Positions 11,336 through 21,616 of a DNA stretch of 48,250 nucleotides are shown piece after piece; position 1 is the stretch's first letter; every line of letters begins with the position of its first letter. The stretch is taken from positions 1 to 48,250 of the forward strand of contig JBJKYD010000001.1 in assembly GCA_045561295.1 (NCBI GenBank). Reading direction: 5' to 3'. The notes beneath the pieces are model-generated. The model did not search any database. It had not been told where the DNA came from and saw only the letters and a list, made by a program, of their open reading frames with translations. The stretch comes from Gammaproteobacteria bacterium (GTDB lineage Bacteria > Pseudomonadota > Gammaproteobacteria > GCA-002705445 > GCA-002716945). Both the position numbers and the translations under genes were made by a program.

Positions 11336-13158
11336 ATGAAAAAAATATTACTCAATGCCTCTCAGAAGGAAGAGGTGAGACTTGCTGTCATAGAAGACAA
11401 CAAGCTGATAGATTTAGATATAGACTTTCCATCAAGGAACATCAAATCAAATATATACAAAGGCACAATCTCAAGGGTTGAACCAAGCTTAGAAGCCGCA
11501 TTCATTAACTTTGGAAGAACCAGACACGGTTTTCTGCCATTTAAAGAGATATCCCCTGAAATATTCTCCCATACAAATAAGTCAGCCCGTGATTGTCTTC
11601 AATCTGGAAAAGAAATAATAGTACAAGTTGATAAGGAAGAACGAGGAAATAAAGGTGCCGCATTAACTACTTATCTAAGTCTTGCTGGGAAATACTTAGT
11701 TTTACTTCCAAAGAATCCATCTACCGGGGGCATTTCCAGGAGAATAGAAGGTGAGGACAGAGTGAAGGCAAAAAAACTTATGGAATCACTTGAAGTTCCT
11801 GAAGGAATGAGCGTAATACTCAGAACATCAAGTCTAGAAGCGTCAAATGAATCAGTTAAATGGGACATCGAGTATTTAATCCAGATATATGAATCAGTTT
11901 TGGAGACATCTGTACAGCAAACTGCTCCGTTTCTCATCTATCAAGAAAGCAGTATGATGGCTAGGCTCATCAGAGATTATTGTGATGAGACCATAGATGA
12001 AGTCTTCATTGATGATAAGAAGTTTTATGATGATTTTATTGGCGCAAAGAAACTTTTTATGCCTCATCATAAAGTTAAGACAGAGCATCACTCAGACCTG
12101 ACGCCAATATTCAGTAAGCATAAAATTGAAAGGCAAGTACAAACTGTATACAAAAGAAACATTAACTTGCCCTCTGGTGGAAATATAGTAATTGATTCAA
12201 CAGAAGCATCTGGTGAGCATTGATGTTAACTCTGCTAGAGCGACTAAAGGAAGTGATATAGAAGACACGGCACAAAATACAAACATTGAAGCTGCAATAG
12301 AAATATTAACTCAACTCAGGCTTAGGGACATAGGCGGACTTATTGTCATTGATTTTATTGATATGATGTCTATTAATTCTCAAAAAAATGTAATGAGAAA
12401 GGTTGCGGAATATGCGAAAAAGGATAAAGCCAAAATACAATTTGCTAGAATATCAAAATTCGGTCTAATGGAGCTGTCTAGACAAAAACTAAAATCATCA
12501 ATAATACAAAATAACTATGAAAATTGTCCTACTTGTGGCGGAACAGGACAAATAAAGTCTCTATCTTCTACTGGCAATATCCCTTCTAAGAATCATAGAA
12601 GAAGAAGCAATGAATGCTGAAGACAAAACAAACAGTATATCTTCCAGTAAGATTGGCAACTTTTTTGTTAAATGAAAAGAAAGGAGACAATACAAAATAT
12701 TGAGTCTAGACATAATGTAGCTATTAAAATTGTACCTGATCCAGAACTAGATGCCTCTGGTTATGAAATAGACAATGAGGGTCTAAGTGAATCTGACTTT
12801 AAAGAAAAATTGAAAAATAAAAATAAAAATCAGCGTCACAACAAAAATAATAATAAAGCAGTAGATGGAAAGATTATTCAAGATCAAGAGGTTGCTCTAA
12901 TGGCTGCAGTTGCGCCAAAGAGCGCGCCGCCTAAACCGCGAAGAACTACTGCAAACACATCAAAATCTAAAATGAATATATTCAAGAAGAATATTTAACA
13001 TGCTCTTTGGTAAGGAAGAAGAAAAGAAGTCTACAAAACCAAGAAGATATTATAATAAGAATAGACGTTATAATAAAAATTATAAATATAATAAATATAA
13101 ATCCAATAATAGAAGAAATTATACAAAAAATACTCGGTCAAAAAATAACGAAGAGTAA
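11336..13158 (+). CDS. rne: Ribonuclease E (about 600 aa), broken by about 5 frameshifts in this sequence
   Basis: NIYKG...EPSLEAAF, ERGNKGAALTT, IDVNS, IDFIDM, CPTCGGTG spread over ORFs 11336-12223, 12192-12620 and 12672-12998; shifted frames restore LATFLLNEK and the IFNMLFG membrane helix; stop TAA 13156-13158 overlaps the mltF ATG. Confidence 0.93.
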
Positions 13159-14468
13159 TGTTAAGGTTATTTGCTAGATTTTTAGCTGCAATGGCTCTCT
13201 TTGCTGTGATCTATTTACTGTACACAAATACTACTCAAACATCATTTACACAATTCAAAAAAAAGGAAATAATTTTTATTAGCCTTGCAAATTTACCGGA
13301 AATAATTCTTCCCACAAAAGAGGAAAATGCTGGATATCAATATGAACTGTTAATAAAGTACCTAGATAGTTTAAATAAACAAAAAGTAAAATTCAATGAC
13401 AGCAAGTTTGATTTAAAGATATTTTATTCTAAGGATATTTGTAAAAAATGCATTGTTATCAATAATCAAGATTTACTGTTAGTTTCTAATGATTATGATA
13501 ATGAAGATAATGATATTGAAATTATAGAGACATTTCAAAAAAGTTTAATTGATAATACTATTTTAAGAAATTATAAAATAAGCTATGTAAACAATGATTT
13601 GGATGACTTAATTTATAATCTGAGTAAAAACCTTATTTCTCATACAATTATAACAAGAAGCTCATACTTATTTTATAAAAAATATTATCCAAACATATCT
13701 ATAAAAAAAGTAATTGGCAATATTAATCTATTGTGGAAATTTTCAGTAGATGATGGTTCATTACAAAATAATCTTTTTGAGTTTTTAGAATCAAGCGAAA
13801 CATCATCTTTAATTGCTAATTTAAATAATAAGTATTATTCAAAGAATTCTATATCATCATATATATTTATAGGATCTAGAATATTTATTTCAGATATGGT
13901 TACAAAGCTTCCTGTATATGAAGATAAGTTCAAAAAAGCAGCATCACAAAATAATTTGGATTGGAAATTACTTGCTGCAATTTCGTATCAGGAATCAAAA
14001 TGGAATAATGACGCAATATCACCAACAGGGGTCAGAGGATTAATGATGCTTACAAAGAATACTGCTGATATGCTAGGAGTTAATAGGCTAATACCTGATG
14101 AGAGTATAATTGGAGCTTCTAGGTACTTAAAAAAACTAAGAGGAAAATATACTGAATTTAATGAAGATACACAAATCAACATGACTCTTGGCGCCTATAA
14201 CCTTGGTCCTGGTCATATAAGTGATATTATAAAGCTTTCCATTTTAGATAATAAAAGCATTGAGGACTGGGATACGTTTAAAGAATATTTACTAAAGTTA
14301 AATAAAAAACAATTTTATAAACAAATGAAATATGGATATGCACGAGGCTGGGAAGCAGTTCAATATATAGAAAATGTTAAACAATACTATGATATAATCT
14401 CATTTTTAGAACAAAAAGATAATAAGATAGATAATAAAATACTTGACGAGGTTCCGGATACATTATGA
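13158..14468 (+). CDS. mltF: Membrane-bound lytic murein transglycosylase F-like
   Basis: SLT domain: [40 protein letters not shown]; N-terminal binding-protein-like part very divergent. Confidence 0.88.
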   Translation: MLRLFARFLAAMALFAVIYLLYTNTTQTSFTQFKKKEIIFISLANLPEIILPTKEENAGYQYELLIKYLDSLNKQKVKFNDSKFDLKIFYSKDICKKCIVINNQDLLLVSNDYDNEDNDIEIIETFQKSLIDNTILRNYKISYVNNDLDDLIYNLSKNLISHTIITRSSYLFYKKYYPNISIKKVIGNINLLWKFSVDDGSLQNNLFEFLESSETSSLIANLNNKYYSKNSISSYIFIGSRIFISDMVTKLPVYEDKFKKAASQNNLDWKLLAAISYQESKWNNDAISPTGVRGLMMLTKNTADMLGVNRLIPDESIIGASRYLKKLRGKYTEFNEDTQINMTLGAYNLGPGHISDIIKLSILDNKSIEDWDTFKEYLLKLNKKQFYKQMKYGYARGWEAVQYIENVKQYYDIISFLEQKDNKIDNKILDEVPDTL

Positions 14469-15274
14469 ATAACACAGATATAATTAATGAAGCATTTGAG
14501 AGTGGTATAACTGATGATAATAAGAAGCACGTATCAAATGCTGTATCGGAAACTATATCTTCTCTAGATCAGGGTATATTAAGAGTTGCTGAAAATAAAG
14601 ATGGCCAATGGACTGTAAATGAATGGGCTAAAAAAGCTATTTTACTATCATTTAGATTAAATCAAAATAAAGCTATTGATACAGGCTATACAAAATTTTA
14701 TGATAAGGTTGATTCAAAATTTTTACACACTTCAGAACAGTATCTAAAAGAAAAAAATATTCGAATAGTTCCACAGGCTATAGCGCGTCATGGGTCCTTT
14801 ATAGATAAGAATGTAGTCTTAATGCCATCATTTGTAAATATTGGTGCATACGTGGGTGAAGGGACAATGGTTGACACATGGGCAACTGTAGGATCATGTG
14901 CTCAGATAGGCGAAAATGTACACTTATCCGGTGGTGTAGGTATAGGTGGTGTTCTGGAACCTTTGCAAGCCTCCCCTACGATAATTGAAGATAATTGCTT
15001 TATAGGAGCAAGGTCTGAAGTTGTAGAAGGCGTCATTGTAAGAAAAAATTCAGTAATTTCTATGGGAGTCTTTATAGGAAAAAGTACAAAGATATATGAC
15101 AGAGAAACCAAGTCAGTTTCATATGGTGAAGTTCCCGAAGGCTCTGTTGTAGTCTCAGGTTCGCTTCCATCAAAAGACGGTACATGCAACTTATACTGCG
15201 CAGTAATTGTAAAAAAAGTTGATGCAAAGACTTTGAGTAAAGTCGGTATCAATGAGCTTTTGCGAGAAGCTTAA
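14465..15274 (+). CDS. dapD: Tetrahydrodipicolinate N-succinyltransferase
   Basis: [36 protein letters not shown]. Confidence 0.99.
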   Translation: MNNTDIINEAFESGITDDNKKHVSNAVSETISSLDQGILRVAENKDGQWTVNEWAKKAILLSFRLNQNKAIDTGYTKFYDKVDSKFLHTSEQYLKEKNIRIVPQAIARHGSFIDKNVVLMPSFVNIGAYVGEGTMVDTWATVGSCAQIGENVHLSGGVGIGGVLEPLQASPTIIEDNCFIGARSEVVEGVIVRKNSVISMGVFIGKSTKIYDRETKSVSYGEVPEGSVVVSGSLPSKDGTCNLYCAVIVKKVDAKTLSKVGINELLREA

Positions 15275-17249
15275 TAAGCTCATCTTCATAAATAATTTCA
15301 ATACCTAGGTCATTGGCTTTTTTTTGTTTACTTCCTGGCTTTTCTCCACAGATTAAAAATTCGGTCTTTTTAGATACAGTGTTGGAAACACGATATCCAA
15401 GTTTCGTAAGATCATTAATAATTTCATCTCTAGAGAGTGTTAGAAATTTTCCGGTTATAACTACTTTTTTATAGTTACTTGTATGTGATGGATAGTTAAG
15501 ATTAATCCCAGAATTTAAGAGGTCCGTAATATTTTTTTTATTATCAGGGTCTTTTATAAAATCAATAATATTGTCAGCAACTATTGGGCCAATATCATTG
15601 ATCTCGATAAGGTTATCTTTATTACATTTTAAAAATTCATTAATACTTTTAAAGGTCCCTGCTAATGATTTAGATGATGCTTCACCTACCTCTTTGATAC
15701 CTAGTGCAAAAATAAACTTATCAAATGTTACAGTTTTAGATTTCTCTATAGCAGACAAATAATTATTAATCGACTTATCCCCTACACGATCAAGTTTTTC
15801 AAAGCTAGCCTTATCAAGGATAAATAAATCAGCAGATCTAGATATTATTTTTTTAGAAACAAGCTCTTTTATTATTTGATCGCCTATTCCAACTATATTC
15901 ATGGCTTTGCGTGAGATAAAATGAATTATAGTTTGCTCTATCTGAGGAGTACATTTTTTTGCATTTAGGCATCTGAAAGCAATTTGTCCTTCAAGCTGTG
16001 ATAATAGGCTGTTGCAACTTGGACATCTTTTTGGTGTGCTAATTTTTTTTACATTATTCCTCTTTTTCAATTCAACTCTGTCAATATCTGGAATTACATC
16101 ACCTGCTCTTTTAACATAGACATAATCGTTTATATGTATATCTTTCGATCTAATTTCTGAAAAATTATGGAGTGTTGCCCTTGAAACACTTACGCCACCA
16201 ATATTTACTTTATCAAGTTCAGCAACAGGCGTTATGGTACCTGTTCTCCCAACTTGGAAAGTAACATCACGTATTCTTGTTAGTGCTTCCAGCGCTTTAA
16301 ATTTATATGCAATTGCCCATTTAGGGGCTTTTGAAGTAGAGCCTAGGGTTTTATAATCAGTTAAGTTATTTATCCGATAAACAAGGCCATCAATCTCATA
16401 AGGAATAGAATTTCTAGTTTTTTTCATCTCATTGAAATATTCAATTGCCTCGTCTAAATCTTTTAATACCTTATAATATTTATTTATTGGGAAACCAAGA
16501 TCTTTCAGATGTTCTATTAAGATATCATGCTTATTGATATGTCTGAATTTTTCATAATCTGAGATTCCATGAATAAATAACTTTAAATTACGATTTGATG
16601 CAATGCAGGGATCTAATTGTCTGATGCTTCCAGCAGCTAAATTTCTAGGGTTTGAATATTTTTTATCTTCTTTGTTATAAAGATCCTTATTAATTATTTC
16701 AAAATCTTTTTTATCTATAAATACCTCTCCTTTGAGTGTGAATTTACTAGGGAGATGCTTATCCTTTATGAACAATGGTATAGATTTAATCGTCTTCACA
16801 TTTTGTGTTACATCTTCTCCAGTATATCCATCGCCTCTTGTAACGGCTTTATCAAACTTGCCATCTTTATAAGTAATGCTGACAGCTAAACCATCAAATT
16901 TTGGCTCAGCAAATAATTCAACATTAGATGAAGATAATGACTTTGTTGTTCTTACATAATAGTCTTTAAATTCAGATTCATCAGCTGCATTCGATAAGGA
17001 AAGCATGGGAATATCATGTTTAATTTTATCAAAATGGTCTAGTAAGACTGCACCTACCCTTTGAGTAGGAGAATTAATTTTAATAATTTTTGGATTATTA
17101 CTTTCAATTATCTTTAACTCTTTATATAAATTATCATACTCAGAGTCAGATATCTCTGGGGAGTCATACGAGTGGTACAGCAGATTATGTTTATTAATGA
17201 TACTGATTAGTTCTTGATAACGCATCTTTATATTTTTTTCATCAGTCAT
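15249..17249 (-). CDS. ligA: NAD-dependent DNA ligase
   Basis: EPKFDG, TRGDG..GEDVT, QVGRTG, Zn finger, HhH, BRCT. Confidence 0.99.
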   Translation of the reverse strand: MTDEKNIKMRYQELISIINKHNLLYHSYDSPEISDSEYDNLYKELKIIESNNPKIIKINSPTQRVGAVLLDHFDKIKHDIPMLSLSNAADESEFKDYYVRTTKSLSSSNVELFAEPKFDGLAVSITYKDGKFDKAVTRGDGYTGEDVTQNVKTIKSIPLFIKDKHLPSKFTLKGEVFIDKKDFEIINKDLYNKEDKKYSNPRNLAAGSIRQLDPCIASNRNLKLFIHGISDYEKFRHINKHDILIEHLKDLGFPINKYYKVLKDLDEAIEYFNEMKKTRNSIPYEIDGLVYRINNLTDYKTLGSTSKAPKWAIAYKFKALEALTRIRDVTFQVGRTGTITPVAELDKVNIGGVSVSRATLHNFSEIRSKDIHINDYVYVKRAGDVIPDIDRVELKKRNNVKKISTPKRCPSCNSLLSQLEGQIAFRCLNAKKCTPQIEQTIIHFISRKAMNIVGIGDQIIKELVSKKIISRSADLFILDKASFEKLDRVGDKSINNYLSAIEKSKTVTFDKFIFALGIKEVGEASSKSLAGTFKSINEFLKCNKDNLIEINDIGPIVADNIIDFIKDPDNKKNITDLLNSGINLNYPSHTSNYKKVVITGKFLTLSRDEIINDLTKLGYRVSNTVSKKTEFLICGEKPGSKQKKANDLGIEIIYEDELIKLLAKAH

Positions 17250-17270
17250 AAACGATTATTGGCAGATAAA

Positions 17271-20051
17271 TTAATTTTCTGATGTCATTTGAAGAGCATC
17301 TTCCACATTGACAGATACCATCTTAGAGACTCCAGCCTCTCTCATGGTGACACCTGATAGAACATCTGCCATTTGCATAGTTGATTTGTTATGAGTAATA
17401 AATATAAATTGGACTGTTTCAGACATCTCTTTAACAACGTTACAAAACCTTTCGTTATTAGCCTCATCTAGTGGTGCATCTACCTCGTCAAGTAAACAGA
17501 AAGGAGCAGGATTGATTCTAAAGATAGAAAAAACAAATGCAATTCCTGTACCTGCTTTTTCACCACCTGATAGTAAGTTTAAATTTTTAACTAATTTACC
17601 GGGCGGCTTAGCCATAATATTAACACCTGTATTTAGTAAATCGTTATCAGTTAGCTCCAAATAAGATTTTCCACCGCCAAAGATTTTTGGGAAAAAGTAA
17701 GAAAGATTTTTATTGATAGCATCAAAAGTATCTTTAAATTTAGATTTTGTTTCAATATCGATTTTCTTTATTGCGCTTTCAAGTATTTCCACAGATTTTG
17801 TGAGATCTTCAAATTGCTTATCAAGATATGTCTTACGTTCCTCCTGCTCCTTAAGCTCGTCTATAGCTGCAAGGTTGATAGCACCTAACTTATCAATTTT
17901 ATTTTTAGTCTCAGACAATATCTTTTCATTATCATCCAATGCAGTTTCATCAATAGTTTTAATTATTTGCAATATTCTATCTTTATCAAAGTCTGAATTT
18001 TCTAATAAAGCAAGTTTATTTGTTTTTATTTCAGCTAGAGCAATATTCGAATCATTTATTTGCTTCTCCACAGATTGTGATTTGATTGATAATTTGCCTA
18101 TCTTATCTTCATATTGCCTAATTTCATTATCAATGTAAGATATTTTGTCTTGAGATTTTGTAAGCTGTATATCTTTTTCTTTTTTACGATTTATAAAATT
18201 ATTTAGTTTGTTTTTAATATTTAATTCAATGGGTTTTTCAGAGTTAGACAATAATTCTTGTTTTTTTTGGACGAGTACATCTATATCAGCTGATGATCTA
18301 GCAAGGTTATCTGCATAAGATGAGATTTCAGTCTTTAAAGTTGTAACTTGAACATTTTTAACATTAAGCTCTTCAGAAGACTCATTAAATTGCCAGTTTA
18401 ATTTATCATGGACTTGTTTTAAGTCTATTTTTTGTTTTTCAAGATAATTTTTATGTTTTTCATATTCATCATTTTGATTAGCAAACTTAATTAGCAGATC
18501 CTCGCTTGATATAATTTTATCTTTATAAATTTTGATATTATTTTGTATATCTTTAATTTGTTGTCTAACAGATTTATTGTTTTCCTTAATTTTGATAACA
18601 ATCCCTTTAAATTCATCAATTAAATTATTTAACATCTGATTTAGAGATTTAGTTGCATCAGATGGAAGTTTTTTTATATACCTTTCATAGTCAACTTTGA
18701 AATTAATTAACTTTTTTTGGTATGACTCAGAGTTTTCTAGAAGTTCTATTTGAATATTATTTTCAGTAGAGTCATCAGATTCATTATATTTATCTAGTCT
18801 TTTTTCTAGATTTTTAATATTTTCAATATAAGACTCTATTCTGGATTTTTCTAGTTCAATTTTCTTTTGTAGCTCAAGTTTATCAGTAAGGAATGTATTA
18901 AAGTTCGACTGCCAGTTCTGAAGTGAGAATGAAGAATCTTTAATTGCTTTATCGATATTTTTTATTTTTGTTTCTAATTCTTTTTTATTAACTTCATTTT
19001 TATTAATTAAATCATTATTTAATAATTTTTTATTATTTAAATCATCTATCTGTGTTTGAATTTTTTCAATATCTGTATTTATGTCATTAATATTATCTTT
19101 TTTGCTTGTTTCGATTTGTTGGGTGTATTCTATATCTTTTTCTGCTCTAGCAATCTCAGCAGCAATATGAAATGACTCTGATTGAATTTTTGTATACCTG
19201 TCTTGTTCAGTATCTCTGGATAATCTTAATTCATCAACTTTACTAACATATCCTGTTGACTCTGATTTATATTTCTCTTTTTGGACTAAGTATGTGTGAT
19301 TTTCTTTTTTAGAATCTTCTAATTTTTCATCAAAGCTTATGATTTTTTTTGCAGTGATTTTTATTTTCAAACTTTCTTCTTTAGATTTTAATTCTTTGTA
19401 TAATTCAGCATCTCTGGCTTGTTTTTGAAGTTTTGTCAAAGATGAATTTATTTCACGCATAATATCATTTAATCTAGATAAGTTTTCAGAGGTATGCTTT
19501 AATCGCAATTCAGTTTCCCTTCTTTTTTCTTTATATTTACTAATTCCAGCTGCTTCTTCTAAATATGTTCTTAGTTCCTCAGGTTTTGAATCTATAATCT
19601 TCGATATCATACCTTGCTCGATAATCGCATAACTTCTAGGCCCAAGTCCCGTTCCAAGAAAAACCTCTCTAATATCTTTTCTTCTACAACGAGCATTATT
19701 CAAAAAATACGTTGAAGTCCCATCACGATTAGCTTCTCTGCGTATCATGATCTCACTGAATTTTGCAAATTTTGAATCTAGTTTATTGTCTGAGTTATCA
19801 AATAATAGTTCGATGCTAGCATGGCTTACTTCACTTCTTGATGATGAACCTGAGAATATGACATCATCCATTGTTTCTCCCCGTAAATTTCGAGCTGATG
19901 ATTCTCCCATAACCCATCTGATTGCATCTATAATATTTGACTTGCCGCATCCATTTGGTCCTACGATACCAGTTAGATTACTTGGGAAGTTTAGAGAAGT
20001 AGAATCAACAAATGTTTTAAAGCCTGATAATTTTATTCTAGATAATCTCAT
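17271..20051 (-). CDS. smc: Chromosome segregation protein SMC, shortened (926 aa)
   Basis: GPNGCGKSN, IIEQG, LGAINLAAI, LSGGEK, LLDEVDAPLD, FITH; long coiled coils; smc-ligA synteny. Confidence 0.97.
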   Translation of the reverse strand: MRLSRIKLSGFKTFVDSTSLNFPSNLTGIVGPNGCGKSNIIDAIRWVMGESSARNLRGETMDDVIFSGSSSRSEVSHASIELLFDNSDNKLDSKFAKFSEIMIRREANRDGTSTYFLNNARCRRKDIREVFLGTGLGPRSYAIIEQGMISKIIDSKPEELRTYLEEAAGISKYKEKRRETELRLKHTSENLSRLNDIMREINSSLTKLQKQARDAELYKELKSKEESLKIKITAKKIISFDEKLEDSKKENHTYLVQKEKYKSESTGYVSKVDELRLSRDTEQDRYTKIQSESFHIAAEIARAEKDIEYTQQIETSKKDNINDINTDIEKIQTQIDDLNNKKLLNNDLINKNEVNKKELETKIKNIDKAIKDSSFSLQNWQSNFNTFLTDKLELQKKIELEKSRIESYIENIKNLEKRLDKYNESDDSTENNIQIELLENSESYQKKLINFKVDYERYIKKLPSDATKSLNQMLNNLIDEFKGIVIKIKENNKSVRQQIKDIQNNIKIYKDKIISSEDLLIKFANQNDEYEKHKNYLEKQKIDLKQVHDKLNWQFNESSEELNVKNVQVTTLKTEISSYADNLARSSADIDVLVQKKQELLSNSEKPIELNIKNKLNNFINRKKEKDIQLTKSQDKISYIDNEIRQYEDKIGKLSIKSQSVEKQINDSNIALAEIKTNKLALLENSDFDKDRILQIIKTIDETALDDNEKILSETKNKIDKLGAINLAAIDELKEQEERKTYLDKQFEDLTKSVEILESAIKKIDIETKSKFKDTFDAINKNLSYFFPKIFGGGKSYLELTDNDLLNTGVNIMAKPPGKLVKNLNLLSGGEKAGTGIAFVFSIFRINPAPFCLLDEVDAPLDEANNERFCNVVKEMSETVQFIFITHNKSTMQMADVLSGVTMREAGVSKMVSVNVEDALQMTSEN

Positions 20052-20114
20052 TTGATGATTTTAAATTATAATATGTTATTTTGTATTATACTATAGATTG
20101 ACTTTATAATTCAT

Positions 20115-20483
20115 ATGAAAGATATTTTAGAGACATTTGAAAATCCACAAAAGAAAGATGATTATCTTATAAAAATGGATATACCTGAATTCACATGTAT
20201 TTGTCCTTTAACGTCGCAACCAGATTTTGCAGAATTTTATCTTGAATATGTTCCTGATAAGTTATGTGTTGAGCTCAAGTCGCTCAAATTATACATGGGT
20301 TCGTATAGGGATATTGGGGCTTTTCACGAAGACATCACTAACAAGATCTTTAATCACCTTTTTACGCTCATAAAACCCAGATTCATGAAAATTAATGCTC
20401 ATTGGAAAGTTAGAGGTGGCATAACTACATACGTAGAAATAAAGAAAAAGAAAAATGGATGGAAAAATACCAATCTTATCTAG
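20115..20483 (+). CDS. queF: NADPH-dependent preQ0 reductase QueF, short unimodular type
   Basis: PEFTCICPLTSQPDF, VELKSLKLY, FHE, RGG. Confidence 0.96.
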   Translation: MKDILETFENPQKKDDYLIKMDIPEFTCICPLTSQPDFAEFYLEYVPDKLCVELKSLKLYMGSYRDIGAFHEDITNKIFNHLFTLIKPRFMKINAHWKVRGGITTYVEIKKKKNGWKNTNLI

Positions 20484-21270
20484 ATTACTAATATTATCGA
20501 TACTTTTTATTTTTTCTGTAAATACATATTCAGATACAGATTATAATCCTGGTGATATTGTATTTATTTCATTAGATGAAAATGAAAGATCGATGAACTT
20601 TTATTATAATAGCAATCTAACTACTAAGGTCTTAAAAGATAACAGGCCCTATCTACTATTTGGTATCCCTTATTATACAAAAGATGGTAAGAATCAGTTT
20701 ATATTCAAAAGTGAAAAAATCATTAAGAAAGTAACTTTAAATATTTTAAAAAAAAAATATCCTATTCAAAGAATTGAAATTACAAAGTTTAAAACTAAAA
20801 CAGAAGATGAATATAAGCGTATAGCAAAAGAAAGAGCCGAAATGATTAAAGCAAAAAAACAAACCTATGATAGGTTTCCTGATTATAAGTTTACTATGCC
20901 AGCGGTAGGACCAACATCAGGAATATATGGTACAGTCAGATATTATAATGGTAAAAAAGGTAATTATCATAATGGATATGATATTGCTGCAGACTTAGGT
21001 TCTCCAGTATATGCACCTTCATCAGGAATAGTGACTCTCACTGGAGACTACTACTACAATGGTAAATTTATAATGGTAAACCATGGAAATAATCTTATTA
21101 GTATATTTCTTCATCTAGATGAAATAGCTGTGAAAAAAGATGATGTTATAGAGAAAGGTCAAATCATAGGAGCCATTGGATCAACAGGTTTATCAACAGG
21201 GCCACACTTGCATTGGTCGGTCATGCTCAATAATAGTTACATAGATCCGCTAGAATTGATTAATAACTAG
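20455..21270 (+). CDS. Exported M23 family peptidase
   Basis: Signal-like N-terminus; HNGYD, HL, STGPHLHW Zn motifs. Confidence 0.93.
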   Translation: MDGKIPILSRLLILSILFIFSVNTYSDTDYNPGDIVFISLDENERSMNFYYNSNLTTKVLKDNRPYLLFGIPYYTKDGKNQFIFKSEKIIKKVTLNILKKKYPIQRIEITKFKTKTEDEYKRIAKERAEMIKAKKQTYDRFPDYKFTMPAVGPTSGIYGTVRYYNGKKGNYHNGYDIAADLGSPVYAPSSGIVTLTGDYYYNGKFIMVNHGNNLISIFLHLDEIAVKKDDVIEKGQIIGAIGSTGLSTGPHLHWSVMLNNSYIDPLELINN

Positions 21271-21281
21271 ACCATGTATGC

Positions 21282-21310
21282 TTGATAATTAATTAATATA
21301 ATAAGATAAT
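21282..21310 (+). promoter_or_regulatory. Putative sigma70 promoter for the DUF4242 gene, overlapped by an inverted repeat
   Basis: TTGATA-17 nt-GATAAT; CTTGATA (21281-21287) and TATCAAG (21310-21316) are reverse complements; SD AAAGGAGG downstream. Confidence 0.55.
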
Positions 21311-21338
21311 ATCAAGACATAAACAAAGGAGGGGTAAT

Positions 21339-21611
21339 ATGCCACAATATGTAATAGAAAGAGAGATAGCAGGTGCTGGAGATCTTACATCTGATGATCT
21401 CAAGGGTATTTCACAGAAATCATGTGGAATTCTTAAAGATATGGGTACTGGTATCGAATGGGTACAAAGTTATGTAACAGGAGACAAAGTATACTGTGTC
21501 TATAATGCTGATAATGCAGAACTTATCAAAGAGCACGCTAACACAGGTGGTTTTCCTGCGAACAGCATCTCAGAAGTAAAAAATATAATTAGTCCAAAAA
21601 CAGCCGACTAA
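21339..21611 (+). CDS. DUF4242 domain protein
   Basis: MPQYVIER...W..SYV..DK.YCVY.A......EHA...GFPANSISEV pattern typical of DUF4242; strong SD. Confidence 0.88.
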   Translation: MPQYVIEREIAGAGDLTSDDLKGISQKSCGILKDMGTGIEWVQSYVTGDKVYCVYNADNAELIKEHANTGGFPANSISEVKNIISPKTAD

Positions 21612-21616
21612 TTAAA

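Noticed and set aside
13040-13130. Tandem-repeat or CRISPR-like AT-rich repeats (TATAATAA...)
   Set aside because: Irregular; explained by Tyr/Asn/Lys codons of the RNase E tail.
17271-20051. Short SMC as a Wadjet/MksB or SbcC/RecN-type protein
   Set aside because: Head sequence (RWVMGE, GLGPRSYAIIEQG, PAPFCLLDEVDAPLD) and position beside ligA mark canonical Smc; no partner genes or zinc hook.
20115-20483. queF as part of a 7-deazaguanine DNA-modification (dpd) island
   Set aside because: No dpdA or other island genes; canonical tRNA-type tgt and queA explain it as queuosine synthesis.
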